A DNA stretch of 64,000 nt, taken from an uncultured Clostridia bacterium. Lineage in GTDB: Bacteria; Bacillota; Clostridia; TANB77; CAG-508. The notes below the pieces were generated by a model. That model saw only the letters and a list, made by a program, of their open reading frames with translations, was not told where the DNA came from and ran no database searches. This document shows, piece by piece, positions 1-11,813 of this stretch (the stretch's first letter is position 1; each line of letters starts with the position of its first letter). A program made the translations under genes and the position numbers. The stretch covers positions 4,508-68,507 of the forward strand of contig CANRGN010000001.1 of assembly GCA_947630235.1 (NCBI GenBank), written 5' to 3'.

Positions 1-177
1 ATTTTTTTGTGCAGGTATTCCACCTCTGTCTAATATAAATTTTTCTGCAAGCATACTTAATTCATAAGTAGACATACCTGGTTTTATTATTTCTGCAATA
101 TAGTTATGAGTTTCTGCTGTAAGCTTACATGCTTCTTCCATAAGTTCTATTTCTCTTTTTGATTTTATAGTTACCAT
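1..177 (-). CDS. map: Methionine aminopeptidase, N-terminal 59 codons; gene continues past window start
   Basis: Reverse-strand translation from ATG at 175-177 gives MVTIKSKREIELMEEACKLTAETHNYIAEIIKPGMSTYELS, a typical MetAP N-terminus. GAGGAG RBS upstream. Canonical position downstream of adk. Confidence 0.8.
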   Translation of the reverse strand, partial: MVTIKSKREIELMEEACKLTAETHNYIAEIIKPGMSTYELSMLAEKFILDRGGIPAQKN

Positions 178-228
178 TTCAAAAATCTCCTCTATTTCAA
201 AAACAACACTATCTAAAAAAATTTTATA

Positions 229-894
229 TTAATTATTTTTTAATTTTTCTAAAACATCTTTTGAAACTTCATCCTTCATTCTATTTGCTCTTTGACTTAA
301 TACTGTGGTATACAAAACTCCTGTTTTTTCATAATATTGTACAAGTGGAGCTGTTTCTCTATCATAAACTTCTAATCTATTTTTTGCCACTTCTGGTTTT
401 GCATCATCTCTTTGATATAAAGGACTTCCACATTTATCACATATTCCTTCTACCTTTGGTGGATGAAGTACTAAATTATAAATACTATTACAATTTTTAT
501 TTGAACAATTTCTTCTGTTTATTGTTCTTTCTAGTAATTCATCTCTAGGAGTTTCTAAGTTTACTACCATATCTATTTTTTTATTCTCTTTGGCTAACAT
601 CTCATCTAAAGCTTTTGCTTGTGGAAGTGTTCTAGGAAATCCATCTAATATTACTCCATTTTTTACATCATCTTCATTTAATCTAGATGTAATCATTTCT
701 AAAACTAAATCATCTGGAACAAGCTCACCTTTATCCATATATTCTTTTATTTTCTTTCCAAACTCAGTTCCCTCTGACATATTTTTTCTAAAAATATCTC
801 CACTAGAAATACTAGGAATATTTAAATTTTGAGATAGAACCTCTGCAACAGTTCCTTTTCCTGTAGCTGGAGCTCCAAGCATTATAATAACCAT
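229..894 (-). CDS. adk: Adenylate kinase
   Basis: P-loop GAPATGKGT, LID zinc knuckle CxxC...CxxC. Position after secY. AGGAGG RBS. Confidence 0.95.
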   Translation of the reverse strand: MVIIMLGAPATGKGTVAEVLSQNLNIPSISSGDIFRKNMSEGTEFGKKIKEYMDKGELVPDDLVLEMITSRLNEDDVKNGVILDGFPRTLPQAKALDEMLAKENKKIDMVVNLETPRDELLERTINRRNCSNKNCNSIYNLVLHPPKVEGICDKCGSPLYQRDDAKPEVAKNRLEVYDRETAPLVQYYEKTGVLYTTVLSQRANRMKDEVSKDVLEKLKNN

Positions 895-959
895 AATAAC
901 CTCCTAAAATTAAAAACAGAGAGGTGAGTACATATTTTACTCTTACCTCTCACCTTCTA

Positions 960-2291
960 TTATTTTTCTAAAAATCCTTTATAGTGTCTTACTACTAAAT
1001 GAGATTCTAATTGTTGAATTGTTTCTAAAGCAACTCCTACAACGATAAGAATTGATGTACCTCCAAATGATATATTTAAATTTGAAAATCTAAGTAACAT
1101 TGGAAGTATTGCAATTAAACTCAAATATATAGAACCAAAACTTGTTAATCTTATTAAAACATTTTTTAAATACTCAGTAGTAGGTTTACCAGCTCTAATA
1201 CCTGGTATAAATCCACCATTTTGTTTTATATTTGTAGCAACTTCAGCAGGATTGAATGTAATAAATGTATAGAAAAATGTAAAACCAACAATCAATAAGA
1301 AATATACAATTGCATTTGCAAGAGAATATCCCCATCCAACACTAGATGAAGATGTTGCAATTGAAAAATTGTATAGTCCTGCTAAAAATCCAGTTCCACC
1401 AATTTTATCAGCTGCAAATATTTGTATTAGCATTGCAGGAAATGTCATAAATGATGAAGCAAAAATTATTGGCATAACACCAGCTAAAGCTAGTTTAAGA
1501 GGAATATGTGTATTTTGTCCTCCATACATTTTTCTTCCAACAACTTTTTTTGCATATTGTACTGGAACTCTTCTTTCAGCTTCTTGAACAAATACAACTG
1601 CTGCAACTAATATAATTGCACCAACAATAATCATTAAAGCTTCAAGAATACCTCTTGTACTAACACCTGCATCAGTAACAATTAAATTCCACAATGTATT
1701 AATTCCTGCTGGTAATCTAGAAATAATACCAACAAAGATTAACATTGATATTCCATTTCCAACACCCTTATTAGTAATTTGTTCACCAAGCCATACTAGC
1801 ATTGCTGTACCAGTAACTAAGGTTAAAACAACTAATGCACCAGTGAAGAAACTATTATCTATAAATATACCAGAATAACTTTTACTATATGATATATATA
1901 TTCCAAGAGCTTCTACTAATGCTAAAACTAAAGTTAACATCTTAGTATATCTATTTACTCTTGTTTTAGCAACTTCTCCACCTTCCTTCATCATTTTTTC
2001 AAGTGAAGGTATTATTATTCCTAACAATTGAATAACAATTGAAGCTGTAATATATGGAGTTATTGACATTGCAAATATAGATAATCTAGAAAAAGCACCT
2101 CCTGATATTGTATCAATTAAACTAGCTATACTAGCTGTTGATGATTGCATTTGTTCTGAAATAACAAATGAATCTACACCTGGAACTACTATATAGCATC
2201 CTAATCTAAATATAACAATTAGAAGTAGAGTATATAATAGTCTTTTTCTAACATCAGGTGTTTTTATTGCATTCTTTATCGTTTTAAACAA
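960..2291 (-). CDS. secY: Preprotein translocase subunit SecY
   Basis: 443 aa multi-TM protein with SecY signature. Position between rplO and adk. Confidence 0.95.
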   Translation of the reverse strand: MFKTIKNAIKTPDVRKRLLYTLLLIVIFRLGCYIVVPGVDSFVISEQMQSSTASIASLIDTISGGAFSRLSIFAMSITPYITASIVIQLLGIIIPSLEKMMKEGGEVAKTRVNRYTKMLTLVLALVEALGIYISYSKSYSGIFIDNSFFTGALVVLTLVTGTAMLVWLGEQITNKGVGNGISMLIFVGIISRLPAGINTLWNLIVTDAGVSTRGILEALMIIVGAIILVAAVVFVQEAERRVPVQYAKKVVGRKMYGGQNTHIPLKLALAGVMPIIFASSFMTFPAMLIQIFAADKIGGTGFLAGLYNFSIATSSSSVGWGYSLANAIVYFLLIVGFTFFYTFITFNPAEVATNIKQNGGFIPGIRAGKPTTEYLKNVLIRLTSFGSIYLSLIAILPMLLRFSNLNISFGGTSILIVVGVALETIQQLESHLVVRHYKGFLEK

Positions 2292-2735
2292 CTAAATCAC
2301 CTCAATCTTTCCACCTGCAGCTTGTATTTTTTCTGCAGCAGCTTTAGTAAATCTTGTTGCTTTAACTGTTAATTTTTTCTCTAAGTTTCCAGTTCCTAAA
2401 ACAACTATTCCATCGTTAATTTTTCCAATTATTCCCTCTTCTAATAAAGTATCTGGTGTAACTTCTGTTGCTTTTGATTTATTAAGCATTGTTAAAGTTA
2501 CCTCAGTATAAGTTTTAGAGTTAATATTTTTAAATCCTCTTTTAGGTAATCTTCTATATAAAGGTGTTTGGCCTCCTTCGAAACCTCTTCTAACACCTCC
2601 ACCAGATCTAGCTTTTTGTCCTTTTTGACCTCTACCTGATGTTTTACCTAATCCAGAACCTATACCACGACCAACTCTTTTTTTAGTTTTAGTTATTACA
2701 GCTGGATGTAGATTTCCTAATTCCATTTTTTGCAC
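2292..2735 (-). CDS. rplO: 50S ribosomal protein L15
   Basis: 147 aa, Gly/Arg/Lys-rich N-terminus typical of L15. Operon position. Confidence 0.95.
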   Translation of the reverse strand: MQKMELGNLHPAVITKTKKRVGRGIGSGLGKTSGRGQKGQKARSGGGVRRGFEGGQTPLYRRLPKRGFKNINSKTYTEVTLTMLNKSKATEVTPDTLLEEGIIGKINDGIVVLGTGNLEKKLTVKATRFTKAAAEKIQAAGGKIEVI

Positions 2736-2847
2736 CTCCTCTAAAATTGAATTTATTATATAATTAAAATTTAATTTTTACTAGACTTTTCTAAAAAAAA
2801 TTTATATATTTCATAATTTGTGGAAAAATTAATTTCCACAAATTATA

Positions 2848-3357
2848 TTATAATATATCACTAACTTTTTTACCTCTTTTTCTAGCAATTTCTTCAACTG
2901 TACTCATGCTCTTTAAAGCTTCTATTGTAGCATAAACAACATTTCTTGGATTGTTAGTTCCAATAACTTTTGTTCTAATATCTTGATATCCAGCAAGCTC
3001 TAAAACTGGTCTTACACTACCACCAGCAATAACTCCAGATCCTTTTGCTCCTGGTTTTAACATAACTTTAGCACTTCCAAATTTTCCTACAAATTCATGA
3101 GGAATTGTTGTTCCGGCTATAGGTACAGTAATTAAGTTTTTCTTAGCTTCTTCAATAGCTTTTCTGATTGCATCTGGAACTTCTGAAGCTTTTCCGTTTC
3201 CAACACCGATATGTCCGTTTTCATCTCCAACAACAACAACAGCACTGAATCTAAAAGTTCTACCACCTTTTACAACCTTAGCAACTCTATTGATAGCAAC
3301 TACTTTTTCTTTTAACTCTACTGCTTTTTCTTCCATAGGTTTGTTTTCTCCCTTCAA
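2848..3357 (-). CDS. rpsE: 30S ribosomal protein S5
   Basis: 169 aa. Motifs [20 protein letters not shown]-like. Operon position. Confidence 0.95.
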   Translation of the reverse strand: MKGENKPMEEKAVELKEKVVAINRVAKVVKGGRTFRFSAVVVVGDENGHIGVGNGKASEVPDAIRKAIEEAKKNLITVPIAGTTIPHEFVGKFGSAKVMLKPGAKGSGVIAGGSVRPVLELAGYQDIRTKVIGTNNPRNVVYATIEALKSMSTVEEIARKRGKKVSDIL

Positions 3358-3365
3358 TTTTTTTA

Positions 3366-3725
3366 TTAAAATTTTAATCCTGCTTCACGAGCTGATTCAG
3401 CAACAGCTTTAACAACTCCATGATAAATATATCCGCCTCTATCAAAAACTACAGTTTCAATCTTATTTTTTAATGCTTTTTTAGCTATAGCTGTTCCAAC
3501 TTCTTTAGCTGCTTCAATATTTGCTTTTTTTGTTTTTATTTCTTTATCAAGAGTTGATACTGATACTAAAGTAACTCCTTTAACATCATCAATTATTTGA
3601 ACTCTGATATTTTTATTTGATCTATTAACAGCAAGTCTAGGACATTCAGCAGTACCACTTATTTTAGTACGAACTCTTTTATGTCTTCTATCTTTTTCAG
3701 ATTTTCTATCTATTTTTGTAATCAT
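3366..3725 (-). CDS. rplR: 50S ribosomal protein L18
   Basis: 119 aa, RxRxKxxGT...RLxVxRSN pattern. AAAGGAG RBS. Confidence 0.95.
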   Translation of the reverse strand: MITKIDRKSEKDRRHKRVRTKISGTAECPRLAVNRSNKNIRVQIIDDVKGVTLVSVSTLDKEIKTKKANIEAAKEVGTAIAKKALKNKIETVVFDRGGYIYHGVVKAVAESAREAGLKF

Positions 3726-3849
3726 TCTTAACTCCTTTCTAGGTTTTTATCTAGGGGTTTATTTAATCCCTCCTTTAAGGGATTAAATAAACCCCTAAAG
3801 TTCACTCATTTAACCTAATTTGAACATTTAACTTTATTACAATTTAATT

Positions 3850-4389
3850 TTATTTCTTACCTGCTTTACCTTCTTTACGTCTAATAACTTCTTCAGCATA
3901 TTTAATACCTTTTCCTCTATATACTTCAGGTGGTCTTTTTGTTCTAATAACAGCTGCAGTTTGACCAACTAATTCTTTGTCAATACCTTTAACAATTATT
4001 TCATTTGGATTTGGTACATCAAAAGTTATTCCTTCTGGAGCTTCCATTTCAACTGGATGAGAATATCCTAAAGTAAGAACCAATTTTGTTCCTTGTTTTT
4101 GAGCTCTATATCCAACTCCATTTATTTCTAATTTTCTTTGGAATTCATTTAATGTTCCTTCAATCATGTTATTTATCAATGTTCTTGTTAAACCATGTAA
4201 ACTTCTGTTTGCTGGTTCGTCATTTGGTCTTGTAACTGTAATAACATTATTTTCAAGAGAAACTTTCATATTTTTATGTATTTCTCTTTCTAATGTTCCT
4301 TTTGGTCCTTTTACAGTAACTTTTTGACCATCTATTTTTACTTCAACGCCAGCTGGTACTGTAATAGGTTTATTTCCTATTCTTGACAT
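3850..4389 (-). CDS. rplF: 50S ribosomal protein L6
   Basis: 179 aa, [10 protein letters not shown]-terminus. Confidence 0.95.
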   Translation of the reverse strand: MSRIGNKPITVPAGVEVKIDGQKVTVKGPKGTLEREIHKNMKVSLENNVITVTRPNDEPANRSLHGLTRTLINNMIEGTLNEFQRKLEINGVGYRAQKQGTKLVLTLGYSHPVEMEAPEGITFDVPNPNEIIVKGIDKELVGQTAAVIRTKRPPEVYRGKGIKYAEEVIRRKEGKAGKK

Positions 4390-4477
4390 TTGAGTTTTCC
4401 CTCCTTCTTTACTATTAGCACTTTAAAATGCTTTTTCTTTTATTAAATGAAATTTTTATATTCGTTTAGATAAAGAA

Positions 4478-4876
4478 TTACCATACATAAGCAATAACTT
4501 CTCCACCTATACCTAATTCTCTAGCTTTTTTATCTGTAATAATTCCTTTAGATGTAGAAATCAAAGCAATTCCTAATCCATTTAAAACTCTTGGTAATTC
4601 ATCTCTTGATGCATAAATTCTTAAACCAGGTTTACTAATTCTTTTTAATCCATCAATTACTCTATTACCTTTTTCATCATATTTTAATGTAATTCTTATA
4701 ATTCCTTGAACTCCATCATCTATTTCATCAAAAGCTTTTATATAACCTTCTTCAAATAAAGTTTCTGCAATAGCTTTCTTTATTTTTGATGCTGGTACAT
4801 CAACAGTTTTAAATTTTTCACTATTTGCATTTCTAATTCTTGTTAACATATCTGCAATTGGGTCAGTTGTATTCAT
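4478..4876 (-). CDS. rpsH: 30S ribosomal protein S8
   Basis: 132 aa, [15 protein letters not shown]-terminus. Confidence 0.95.
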   Translation of the reverse strand: MNTTDPIADMLTRIRNANSEKFKTVDVPASKIKKAIAETLFEEGYIKAFDEIDDGVQGIIRITLKYDEKGNRVIDGLKRISKPGLRIYASRDELPRVLNGLGIALISTSKGIITDKKARELGIGGEVIAYVW

Positions 4877-4913
4877 TTTTACCCTCCTTTTTAAATTTAT
4901 TTTTAAATTCTAA

Positions 4914-5099
4914 TTACCAACTTGCTTTTTTTACTCCAGGAATTTCTCCTCTATGAGCTAATTCTCTGAAACAAACACGGCAAATTCCATATTTTCTTAT
5001 ATAAGAATGTGGTCTTCCACAAATTTTACATCTATTATATTCTCTTGTTTTATATTTTTGTGGTCTTGCACATTTTACTTTTAAAGATTTTTTAGCCAT
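4914..5099 (-). CDS. rpsN: 30S ribosomal protein S14 type Z (zinc-binding)
   Basis: 61 aa with CxxC...CxxC. Confidence 0.95.
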   Translation of the reverse strand: MAKKSLKVKCARPQKYKTREYNRCKICGRPHSYIRKYGICRVCFRELAHRGEIPGVKKASW

Positions 5100-5149
5100 T
5101 AATTATTTTCTCCTTTCTTAATGGATCTCTTTAATATTGCAATTTGCAA

Positions 5150-5689
5150 TTAGTTTTTAAAAGGCATTCCTAATAATTTTAGTAACTCTTTTGCTTCTTC
5201 ATCTGTTTTAGCAGTAGTAACAAATATTATATCCATACCTCTTAATTTATCTATTTTATCATATTCTATTTCTGGGAATATTAATTGTTCTTTAACACCC
5301 ATTGAATAATTTCCTCTACCATCAAAAGAATTTCCAGATACTCCTCTGAAATCTCTAACTCTAGGAAGAGCTATATTAAATAATTTATATGCAAAATCAT
5401 ACATTTTTCCAGATCTTAAAGTAACTTTGCATCCTATTTTTGCTCCTTCTCTTAATTTAAAAGCAGCTATTGATTTTTTTGCTTTTGTTATAATTGGTCT
5501 TTGACCAGTAATTATTGTTAAATCATTCATTGCATTATCTAATGCTTTAGGATTATCTTTTGTTTCTCCTAAACCAACATTTAAAACTATTTTTTCAAGT
5601 TTTGGAACTTCCATAATTGAAGAATAGTTAAATTTTTTCATTAATGCTGGAACAACTTCTTTCTCATATTGTTCTCTTAATTTTTCCAT
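5150..5689 (-). CDS. rplE: 50S ribosomal protein L5
   Basis: 179 aa, operon position, conserved L5 sequence. Confidence 0.95.
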   Translation of the reverse strand: MEKLREQYEKEVVPALMKKFNYSSIMEVPKLEKIVLNVGLGETKDNPKALDNAMNDLTIITGQRPIITKAKKSIAAFKLREGAKIGCKVTLRSGKMYDFAYKLFNIALPRVRDFRGVSGNSFDGRGNYSMGVKEQLIFPEIEYDKIDKLRGMDIIFVTTAKTDEEAKELLKLLGMPFKN

Positions 5690-5713
5690 TATTTATTTTC
5701 CTCCTTCCATATA

Positions 5714-6031
5714 TTATTTTAATTTAGCACCACATTTTTTACATACACGAACTTTTGAATCTTTTTCAACAATATATCCGATTTTTGTTGCTTTTCCGCA
5801 TTTTGAACAAACAACATTTGCTTTACTGCTAGGAATAGCACATTCTCTAGATATAATTCCACCTTCTTCTCCTTGTTTTCTAGGTTTTACATGTTTTTTT
5901 CTTACATTAACACCTTTAACAACGATTTTTTCAGCTTTTGGTAAAACTTCTATAACTTCTCCAGTTTTATCTTTATCATTTCCAGATAAGATTTTTACTG
6001 TATCACCTTTTTTAATTCTCAATTTATTCAC
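5714..6031 (-). CDS. rplX: 50S ribosomal protein L24
   Basis: 105 aa, KOW motif IKKGDTVKILSG. Confidence 0.95.
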   Translation of the reverse strand: MNKLRIKKGDTVKILSGNDKDKTGEVIEVLPKAEKIVVKGVNVRKKHVKPRKQGEEGGIISRECAIPSSKANVVCSKCGKATKIGYIVEKDSKVRVCKKCGAKLK

Positions 6032-6062
6032 CTCTTTACTATAAATAGTTAACTCTTTTATT

Positions 6063-6431
6063 TTATAAAACTTCTGGAGCTAGAGATAAAATTTTTAAAT
6101 AATTTTTATCTCTTAATTCTCTTGCTACAGGTCCAAATATACGAGTTCCTTTTGGTGTTCCGTCATCACGAATTATAACAGCTGCATTTTCATCAAATCT
6201 AACATAAGAACCATCTGGTCTTCTTGTCTCTTTTTTAGTTCTTACAACAACAGCTTTTACAACTTCACCTTTTTTTACAACGCCACCTGGTGTTGCTGTT
6301 TTAACAGAAGCAATTATTATATCTCCTATTTCAGCATATTTTCTATATGAACCACCTAAACATCTAATACACATAATCTCTTTTGCACCAGTATTATCTG
6401 CTACTTTTAAAATAGTTTGTTGCTGTACCAT
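6063..6431 (-). CDS. rplN: 50S ribosomal protein L14
   Basis: 122 aa, [18 protein letters not shown]-terminus. Confidence 0.95.
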   Translation of the reverse strand: MVQQQTILKVADNTGAKEIMCIRCLGGSYRKYAEIGDIIIASVKTATPGGVVKKGEVVKAVVVRTKKETRRPDGSYVRFDENAAVIIRDDGTPKGTRIFGPVARELRDKNYLKILSLAPEVL

Positions 6432-6457
6432 TTAGGTTACCTCCTTATTTTAATTTA

Positions 6458-6721
6458 TTATTTTATAACGGCTTTTTCCATAACTTCAACAAGTCTCCAT
6501 CTTTTATCTTTAGATAAAGGTCTTGTTTCCATTATTTTAACTTTATCGCCAACTTTACAAATATTTTCTTCATCATGAGCTTTAACTTTTAAAGTTCTTT
6601 TAACAGTTTTCTTATAAATTGGATGTGCAACATTTGTTTCAATAGCAACTACAATAGTTTTATCCATTTTATCAGAAACTACAATTCCAACTAATGTTTT
6701 ACGAAGATTTCTTTCTTCCAT
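6458..6721 (-). CDS. rpsQ: 30S ribosomal protein S17
   Basis: 87 aa, operon position. Confidence 0.95.
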   Translation of the reverse strand: MEERNLRKTLVGIVVSDKMDKTIVVAIETNVAHPIYKKTVKRTLKVKAHDEENICKVGDKVKIMETRPLSKDKRWRLVEVMEKAVIK

Positions 6722-6749
6722 TTTCGGATTTCTCCTTTCTTATTTATTA

Positions 6750-6962
6750 TTATTTTACACCTTTAATTTCTCTATCTCTTAAAATTGTTTTTACTCTAGC
6801 AATTTCTTTTTTTACTTCTTTGATTCTCATAGGATTATCAAGTCCGTTTGTTGCTAGACTAAATCTTAATTTAAATAGTTCAGATTTTAATTCTACTAAT
6901 TCTTTTTCTAAATCTGGTGAAGACATTTCTTTTATTTTATTATTCTTCAACTTTATCACCAC
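6750..6962 (-). CDS. rpmC: 50S ribosomal protein L29
   Basis: 70 aa helical protein, operon position. Confidence 0.9.
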   Translation of the reverse strand: MVIKLKNNKIKEMSSPDLEKELVELKSELFKLRFSLATNGLDNPMRIKEVKKEIARVKTILRDREIKGVK

Positions 6963-7374
6963 CTATTTCTCTTTTTACGAATTTTGTTTGAACAGGTAAT
7001 TTGTGTCCAGCAAGTCTTAAAGCTTCTCTAGCAATATCTTCAGATACACCTGCTATTTCAAACATAACTCTTCCTGGTTTAACAACAGCTACCCAAAATT
7101 CTGGAGCTCCTTTACCTTTACCCATACGAGTTCCAAGAGGTTTTGTTGTTACTGGTTTATCAGGGAAAACTTTGATCCAAACTTTTCCACCTCTTTTTAT
7201 ATAACGAGTCATTGCAACTCTGGCAGCTTCAATTTGATTAGCTTTAATCCATCCAGCTTCTGTAGCTTGAAGTCCATATTCTCCTTCATTTACTACATTT
7301 CCTCTAGTTGCTTTTCCTCTATTTCTACCTTTTTGCATTTTTCTATATTTTGATCTTTTTGGCATTACTGGCAT
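6940..7374 (-). CDS. rplP: 50S ribosomal protein L16
   Basis: 144 aa, [14 protein letters not shown]-like N-terminus. Confidence 0.95.
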   Translation of the reverse strand: MPVMPKRSKYRKMQKGRNRGKATRGNVVNEGEYGLQATEAGWIKANQIEAARVAMTRYIKRGGKVWIKVFPDKPVTTKPLGTRMGKGKGAPEFWVAVVKPGRVMFEIAGVSEDIAREALRLAGHKLPVQTKFVKREIGGDKVEE

Positions 7375-8033
7375 TAGTCTCTACCTCCTTCTGATTCTTT
7401 TTTAGTTGGAAGAACTTCGCCTTTATATATCCATACTTTTACACCTATTTTTCCATAAGTTGTATCAGCTTCTGCAAATCCATAATCAATGTCTGCTCTA
7501 ATTGTTTGAAGTGGTATAGTACCATCTTTATAAAATTCAGTTCTTGCCATATCAGCTCCACCAAGTCTTCCTGAAACTGCAGTTTTTATACCTAAAGCTC
7601 CACCTTTCATTGATTTTTGCATACATTGTTTCATTGCTCTTCTAAAAGATATTCTTCTTTCTAATTGTCCTGCAATGTTTTCAGCAACAAGTTGTGCATC
7701 AACATCAATATTTTTAACCTCAACAATATTTAAATTAACTTCTTTATTAATCATTTTTTGAATTTCAGTTTTTAAACCTTCAGCTAAATTTCCACCTTTT
7801 CCGATTACTAATCCTGGTTTAGCTGTATAAACATTAACTTTAACAAATTTAGCAGTTCTTTCAATTTCAACTTTTGAAATACCACTAGCATATAATTTCT
7901 TTTTAATATATTTACGAATTTTGTTATCTTCTACTAAATAATCTGCAAAATTTTTAGAATCTGCATACCATCTAGAATTCCAATCTCTAATAACACCTAC
8001 TCTTAATCCATTTGGATGAACTTTTTGTCCCAT
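7374..8033 (-). CDS. rpsC: 30S ribosomal protein S3
   Basis: 219 aa, [14 protein letters not shown]-terminus, KH domain. Confidence 0.95.
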   Translation of the reverse strand: MGQKVHPNGLRVGVIRDWNSRWYADSKNFADYLVEDNKIRKYIKKKLYASGISKVEIERTAKFVKVNVYTAKPGLVIGKGGNLAEGLKTEIQKMINKEVNLNIVEVKNIDVDAQLVAENIAGQLERRISFRRAMKQCMQKSMKGGALGIKTAVSGRLGGADMARTEFYKDGTIPLQTIRADIDYGFAEADTTYGKIGVKVWIYKGEVLPTKKESEGGRD

Positions 8034-8056
8034 GTCGTAAATATCCTCCTTTCTTT

Positions 8057-8434
8057 TTATTTGCTTTCTCTTAAAACAATTGTAATGTGACTTGTTCTTT
8101 TTCTAATTCTAACTGCAGATCCTTTAGCAGCTGGTCTAATTCTTTTTAGAGTTGGACCTTGATTTGCATATACTTCTGCTACATAAAGATTTGCTCTATT
8201 CATGAAATGATTATTTTCAGCATTTGCTATAGCTGATTTTAATAATTTTTCTAAAATTTCACTTGATGCTTTTGGAGCAAATTTTGCAATTGCTAAAGCT
8301 TCATCTACTTTTTTTCCTCTTAATAAATCTGCTACAATTTTAACTTTTCTAGCTGATATTCTAGCATATTTTAGAGTTGCTTTTGCTTCTGCTACTGTAA
8401 CTTCTTTGTTCTCCACGGTTATATCCTCCTTCAT
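8057..8434 (-). CDS. rplV: 50S ribosomal protein L22
   Basis: 125 aa, operon position. Confidence 0.95.
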   Translation of the reverse strand: MKEDITVENKEVTVAEAKATLKYARISARKVKIVADLLRGKKVDEALAIAKFAPKASSEILEKLLKSAIANAENNHFMNRANLYVAEVYANQGPTLKRIRPAAKGSAVRIRKRTSHITIVLRESK

Positions 8435-8459
8435 AATTATTAGATATATCTAACTCATT

Positions 8460-8735
8460 TTATTTTTTTGTAGTTTTATCTCCGCTATGTCCTTTGAAAG
8501 TTCTAGTTGGAGCAAATTCTCCAAGTTTATGTCCTATCATTTCCTCAGAAATATATACAGGAACATGTTTTCTTCCATCATGAACAGCGATTGTATGCCC
8601 AACCATTTCTGGATAAATAGTTGAAGCTCTTGACCATGTTTTTAATACTTCTTTTTTTCCTGTTTCGTTCATAGCCACGATTCTTTTCATAAGCTCATCT
8701 GCTACATAAGGAACCTTTTTTGATGATCTTGACAT
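8460..8735 (-). CDS. rpsS: 30S ribosomal protein S19
   Basis: 91 aa, [12 protein letters not shown]-terminus. Confidence 0.95.
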   Translation of the reverse strand: MSRSSKKVPYVADELMKRIVAMNETGKKEVLKTWSRASTIYPEMVGHTIAVHDGRKHVPVYISEEMIGHKLGEFAPTRTFKGHSGDKTTKK

Positions 8736-8862
8736 GTTTTTTTCTCCTTTCTCATTATAAGCCGTTGTATACTAAGCTACCCTACTAGCTAAATTACGCA
8801 AAGTAGCTTTATTTATATACACAACTTTTAATTTACAAGATAATTTAACATACATAATTATC

Positions 8863-9690
8863 TTATTTTCTTCTCTTAACAATAAATTTATTTGATAATT
8901 TCTTTTTATTCCTTGTTTTATATCCAAGTGCTGGTTTACCCCAAGGAGTCATTGGTCCTGCGTGTCCAACAGGAGCTCTACCTTCACCACCACCATGAGG
9001 GTGATCATTAGGGTTCATAACAGAACCTCTAACAGTTGGTCTAATTCCCATATGTCTTTTTCTTCCAGCTTTACCATATTTTATATTTTCATGATCTGAA
9101 TTTCCTATAGTTCCTATAGTTGCTCTAGATTTTATAGAAATAAGTCTCATTTCACCAGATGGAAGTCTTACATGAGCATAAGCTCCTTCTTTAGCCATAA
9201 GTTGAGCTTCTTGCCCAGCACTTCTAACTAATTTTCCACCTTGACCTGGATTTAATTCTATATTATGAATCATAGTACCTACTGGTATTTTTGATATTGG
9301 CATTGCATTACCTGGTTTTATATCAGCATTTTCACCTGATATAACTTTATCTCCATCTGTTAAACCAGCTGGAGCTAAGATATAGCTCTTTGTTCCATCT
9401 TCATATTGGATTAATGCTATATTTGCACTTCTGTTAGGATCATATTCAATTCCTATAACTGTTGCAAACATATCATCTTTCTTTCTTTTAAAATCTATTA
9501 TTCTATATTTTTGTCTATTTCCACCACCTTGATGTCTAACTGTTATTCTACCATAAGAATTTCTTCCAGCATTTTTCTTTTTTACTGTTAATAAAGATTT
9601 TTCTGGAGTCTTTTTAGTAATTTCTTCAAAAGTTGAAGAAGTCATATTTCTTCTTGATGGTGTGTATGCATTATAATGTTTAATTCCCAT
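8863..9690 (-). CDS. rplB: 50S ribosomal protein L2
   Basis: 275 aa, conserved C-terminal [10 protein letters not shown]-like motif. Confidence 0.95.
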   Translation of the reverse strand: MGIKHYNAYTPSRRNMTSSTFEEITKKTPEKSLLTVKKKNAGRNSYGRITVRHQGGGNRQKYRIIDFKRKKDDMFATVIGIEYDPNRSANIALIQYEDGTKSYILAPAGLTDGDKVISGENADIKPGNAMPISKIPVGTMIHNIELNPGQGGKLVRSAGQEAQLMAKEGAYAHVRLPSGEMRLISIKSRATIGTIGNSDHENIKYGKAGRKRHMGIRPTVRGSVMNPNDHPHGGGEGRAPVGHAGPMTPWGKPALGYKTRNKKKLSNKFIVKRRK

Positions 9691-9786
9691 TTTTAATTCT
9701 CCTATCTTTTTTTATTTAAGGTTATTTTCCTGGCCCTTTCCAGCTATTATTTTATTTTCCTAGTTTATTCTAGATAATTTTTTATT

Positions 9787-10134
9787 TTATACACCTGTAA
9801 ATGCATCTATTGAACTATTATATTTTTTAGAAACTTTAACAGCTTTTCCGCCTTTTCCTAAAAAAGATTTTTCAGATACATCAGTATCTATAGTAACTAT
9901 AGCTTTTTTCCAATCTGATGTTCTACCTTGGTGAACTCCAACTCTTTTATCTTTTCCTTTAACTGTCATAGTGTTTACTTTTAACACTTTAACTTCAAAT
10001 AATTTTTCAACAGCATTTTTTATTTCAACTTTAGTTGCTTTTTTTGCAACTCTGAAAGTGTATTTTCCTTCTTGCATATCTAAATTACTTTTTTCTGTAA
10101 CAACTGGTGCTAATATAATATCTTCTGCTACCAT
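9787..10134 (-). CDS. rplW: 50S ribosomal protein L23
   Basis: 115 aa (C-terminally extended), operon position. Confidence 0.9.
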   Translation of the reverse strand: MVAEDIILAPVVTEKSNLDMQEGKYTFRVAKKATKVEIKNAVEKLFEVKVLKVNTMTVKGKDKRVGVHQGRTSDWKKAIVTIDTDVSEKSFLGKGGKAVKVSKKYNSSIDAFTGV

Positions 10135-10757
10135 TATGCATACACCTCCTCTAATTTCTTAACTGAATCTACTGTTAATACAAGTTTATTGTATTTTAAT
10201 AAATCGAATACATTTATTGTTGAAACAGAAGCAGTTCTAACTCCTTCTAAGTTTCTAGCAGATTTTTGAACATTTTCATCTTTTTGAGGAATAACTATTA
10301 ATGCTTTTCCTTCAATTTTTAGATTTTTCATTGCATCTGCCATTTGTTTTGTTTTGATTTCTTTAAAATCAAATTTATCAACAACTACTAAATTGTTTTC
10401 TAAAACTTTTGAGCTAAGTAAAGATTTTATTGCTAATCTCTTTTCTTTTTTATTTACTCTAAAACTGTAAGAACGTGGTTTTGGTCCTAAAGCTATACCA
10501 CCTTTAATCCATTGTGGAGCTCTTATAGAACCTTGTCTTGCTCTACCAGTACCTTTTTGTCTCCAAGGTTTTCTACCACCGCCTCTTACTTCACTTCTTG
10601 TTTTTGTACTTTGTGTTCCTTGTCTTTGATTAGCTAAATAGTTAACTAATACACTGTGTACAATTGCTTCATTTGGTTCGATACCGAAAATTTCTTCTTT
10701 TAATTCTAAATCGCTAACTTTTTTTCCGGCTACACTATATACATCTATTTTTGGCAT
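10134..10757 (-). CDS. rplD: 50S ribosomal protein L4
   Basis: 207 aa, operon position. Confidence 0.95.
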   Translation of the reverse strand: MPKIDVYSVAGKKVSDLELKEEIFGIEPNEAIVHSVLVNYLANQRQGTQSTKTRSEVRGGGRKPWRQKGTGRARQGSIRAPQWIKGGIALGPKPRSYSFRVNKKEKRLAIKSLLSSKVLENNLVVVDKFDFKEIKTKQMADAMKNLKIEGKALIVIPQKDENVQKSARNLEGVRTASVSTINVFDLLKYNKLVLTVDSVKKLEEVYA

Positions 10758-10776
10758 TTATTTTTCCTCCTTCCTT

Positions 10777-11406
10777 CTATTTAGCAGCTTTTACGCTTAA
10801 TCTTATTTTTAAAATGCTTCCTTTATTTCCTGGTACACTACCTTTAACTAAAATTGCATTTTTATCTAAATCTACTTTAACTATTTTTAAATTTTGAATA
10901 GTTACTGTATCTACACCCATATGTCCTGGTAATTTTTTACCTTTGAAAACTCTACCTGGAGTAGATGTAGAACCCATTGAACCTGGTCTTCTATGATACA
11001 TAGAACCATGTCCCATTGGACCTCTATGTTGTCCATGACGTTTAATAACACCTTGGAAACCTTTTCCTTTTGTTGTTCCTTGGATATCAACAGTTTCACC
11101 ATCAGCAAAAACTGAAGCATTTATTTCATCTCCAACTTTAACATCTGATTCATCAACTCTAAATTCTCTAAGATGCTTTGCTAATTTAACATTAGCTTTA
11201 GAAAAATGTCCTCTTTCTGGTTTATTTAATTTTTTCTCTTTAACTTCACCAAAACCTAATTGAACTGCATTATATCCATCAGTTTCAGTAGTTTTTACTT
11301 GAACTACTTGACAAGGTCCTGCTTCTATAACTGTAACTGGAATAACTGTACCATCTTCATTAAATATTTGAGTCATTCCAACTTTTCTTCCTATGATTGC
11401 TTTCAT
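10777..11406 (-). CDS. rplC: 50S ribosomal protein L3
   Basis: 209 aa, [16 protein letters not shown]-terminus. Confidence 0.95.
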   Translation of the reverse strand: MKAIIGRKVGMTQIFNEDGTVIPVTVIEAGPCQVVQVKTTETDGYNAVQLGFGEVKEKKLNKPERGHFSKANVKLAKHLREFRVDESDVKVGDEINASVFADGETVDIQGTTKGKGFQGVIKRHGQHRGPMGHGSMYHRRPGSMGSTSTPGRVFKGKKLPGHMGVDTVTIQNLKIVKVDLDKNAILVKGSVPGNKGSILKIRLSVKAAK

Positions 11407-11483
11407 TTTTAAAATTCCTCCTAACTATTGGCTAAGATTTATATCCTAGCTTGGTTTTTGAAACTTTTGCGTTTCGATTTTTA

Positions 11484-11813
11484 TTATAATTTGATTTCAA
11501 TATCAACACCAGCTGGTAACTCTAATTTCATTAAGCTATCAACTGTTTTTTGAGTTGGATAAAGAATATCAATAACTCTTTTGTGTGTTCTCATTTCAAA
11601 TTGTTCTCTAGAATCTTTGTGTTTGTGTGGAGAACGTAAAATTGTTACAATTTCTTTCTCTGTTGGAAGTGGAATAGGTCCTGAAACTTTTGCTCCTGTT
11701 CTCTTAGCAGTATCTACTATTTTTTCAGCAGACTGATCTAAAACAACATAATCATAAGCTTTTAATCTTATTCTAATTTTGTCACTTCCTACTTTTGTGT
11801 TTGTTGTTGCCAT
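11484..11813 (-). CDS. rpsJ: 30S ribosomal protein S10
   Basis: The supplied ORF starts at an upstream in-frame codon. The true start is the ATG of [22 protein letters not shown] (109 aa), preceded by AAGGAGGG plus 10 nt. Confidence 0.9.
   Translation of the reverse strand: MATTNTKVGSDKIRIRLKAYDYVVLDQSAEKIVDTAKRTGAKVSGPIPLPTEKEIVTILRSPHKHKDSREQFEMRTHKRVIDILYPTQKTVDSLMKLELPAGVDIEIKL

Noticed and set aside
261-832. Plus-strand ORFs 261..548 and 590..832 inside adk
   Set aside because: Antisense to a well-supported conserved gene. The translations are low-complexity, hydrophobic and AT-codon-driven (F/L/I/Y rich). No RBS.
6694-7204. Plus-strand ORFs within rpmC/rplP
   Set aside because: Antisense to ribosomal protein genes. 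Spurious.
10911-11120. Minus-strand alternate-frame ORF inside rplC
   Set aside because: Nested in a different frame of a conserved gene. No independent support.
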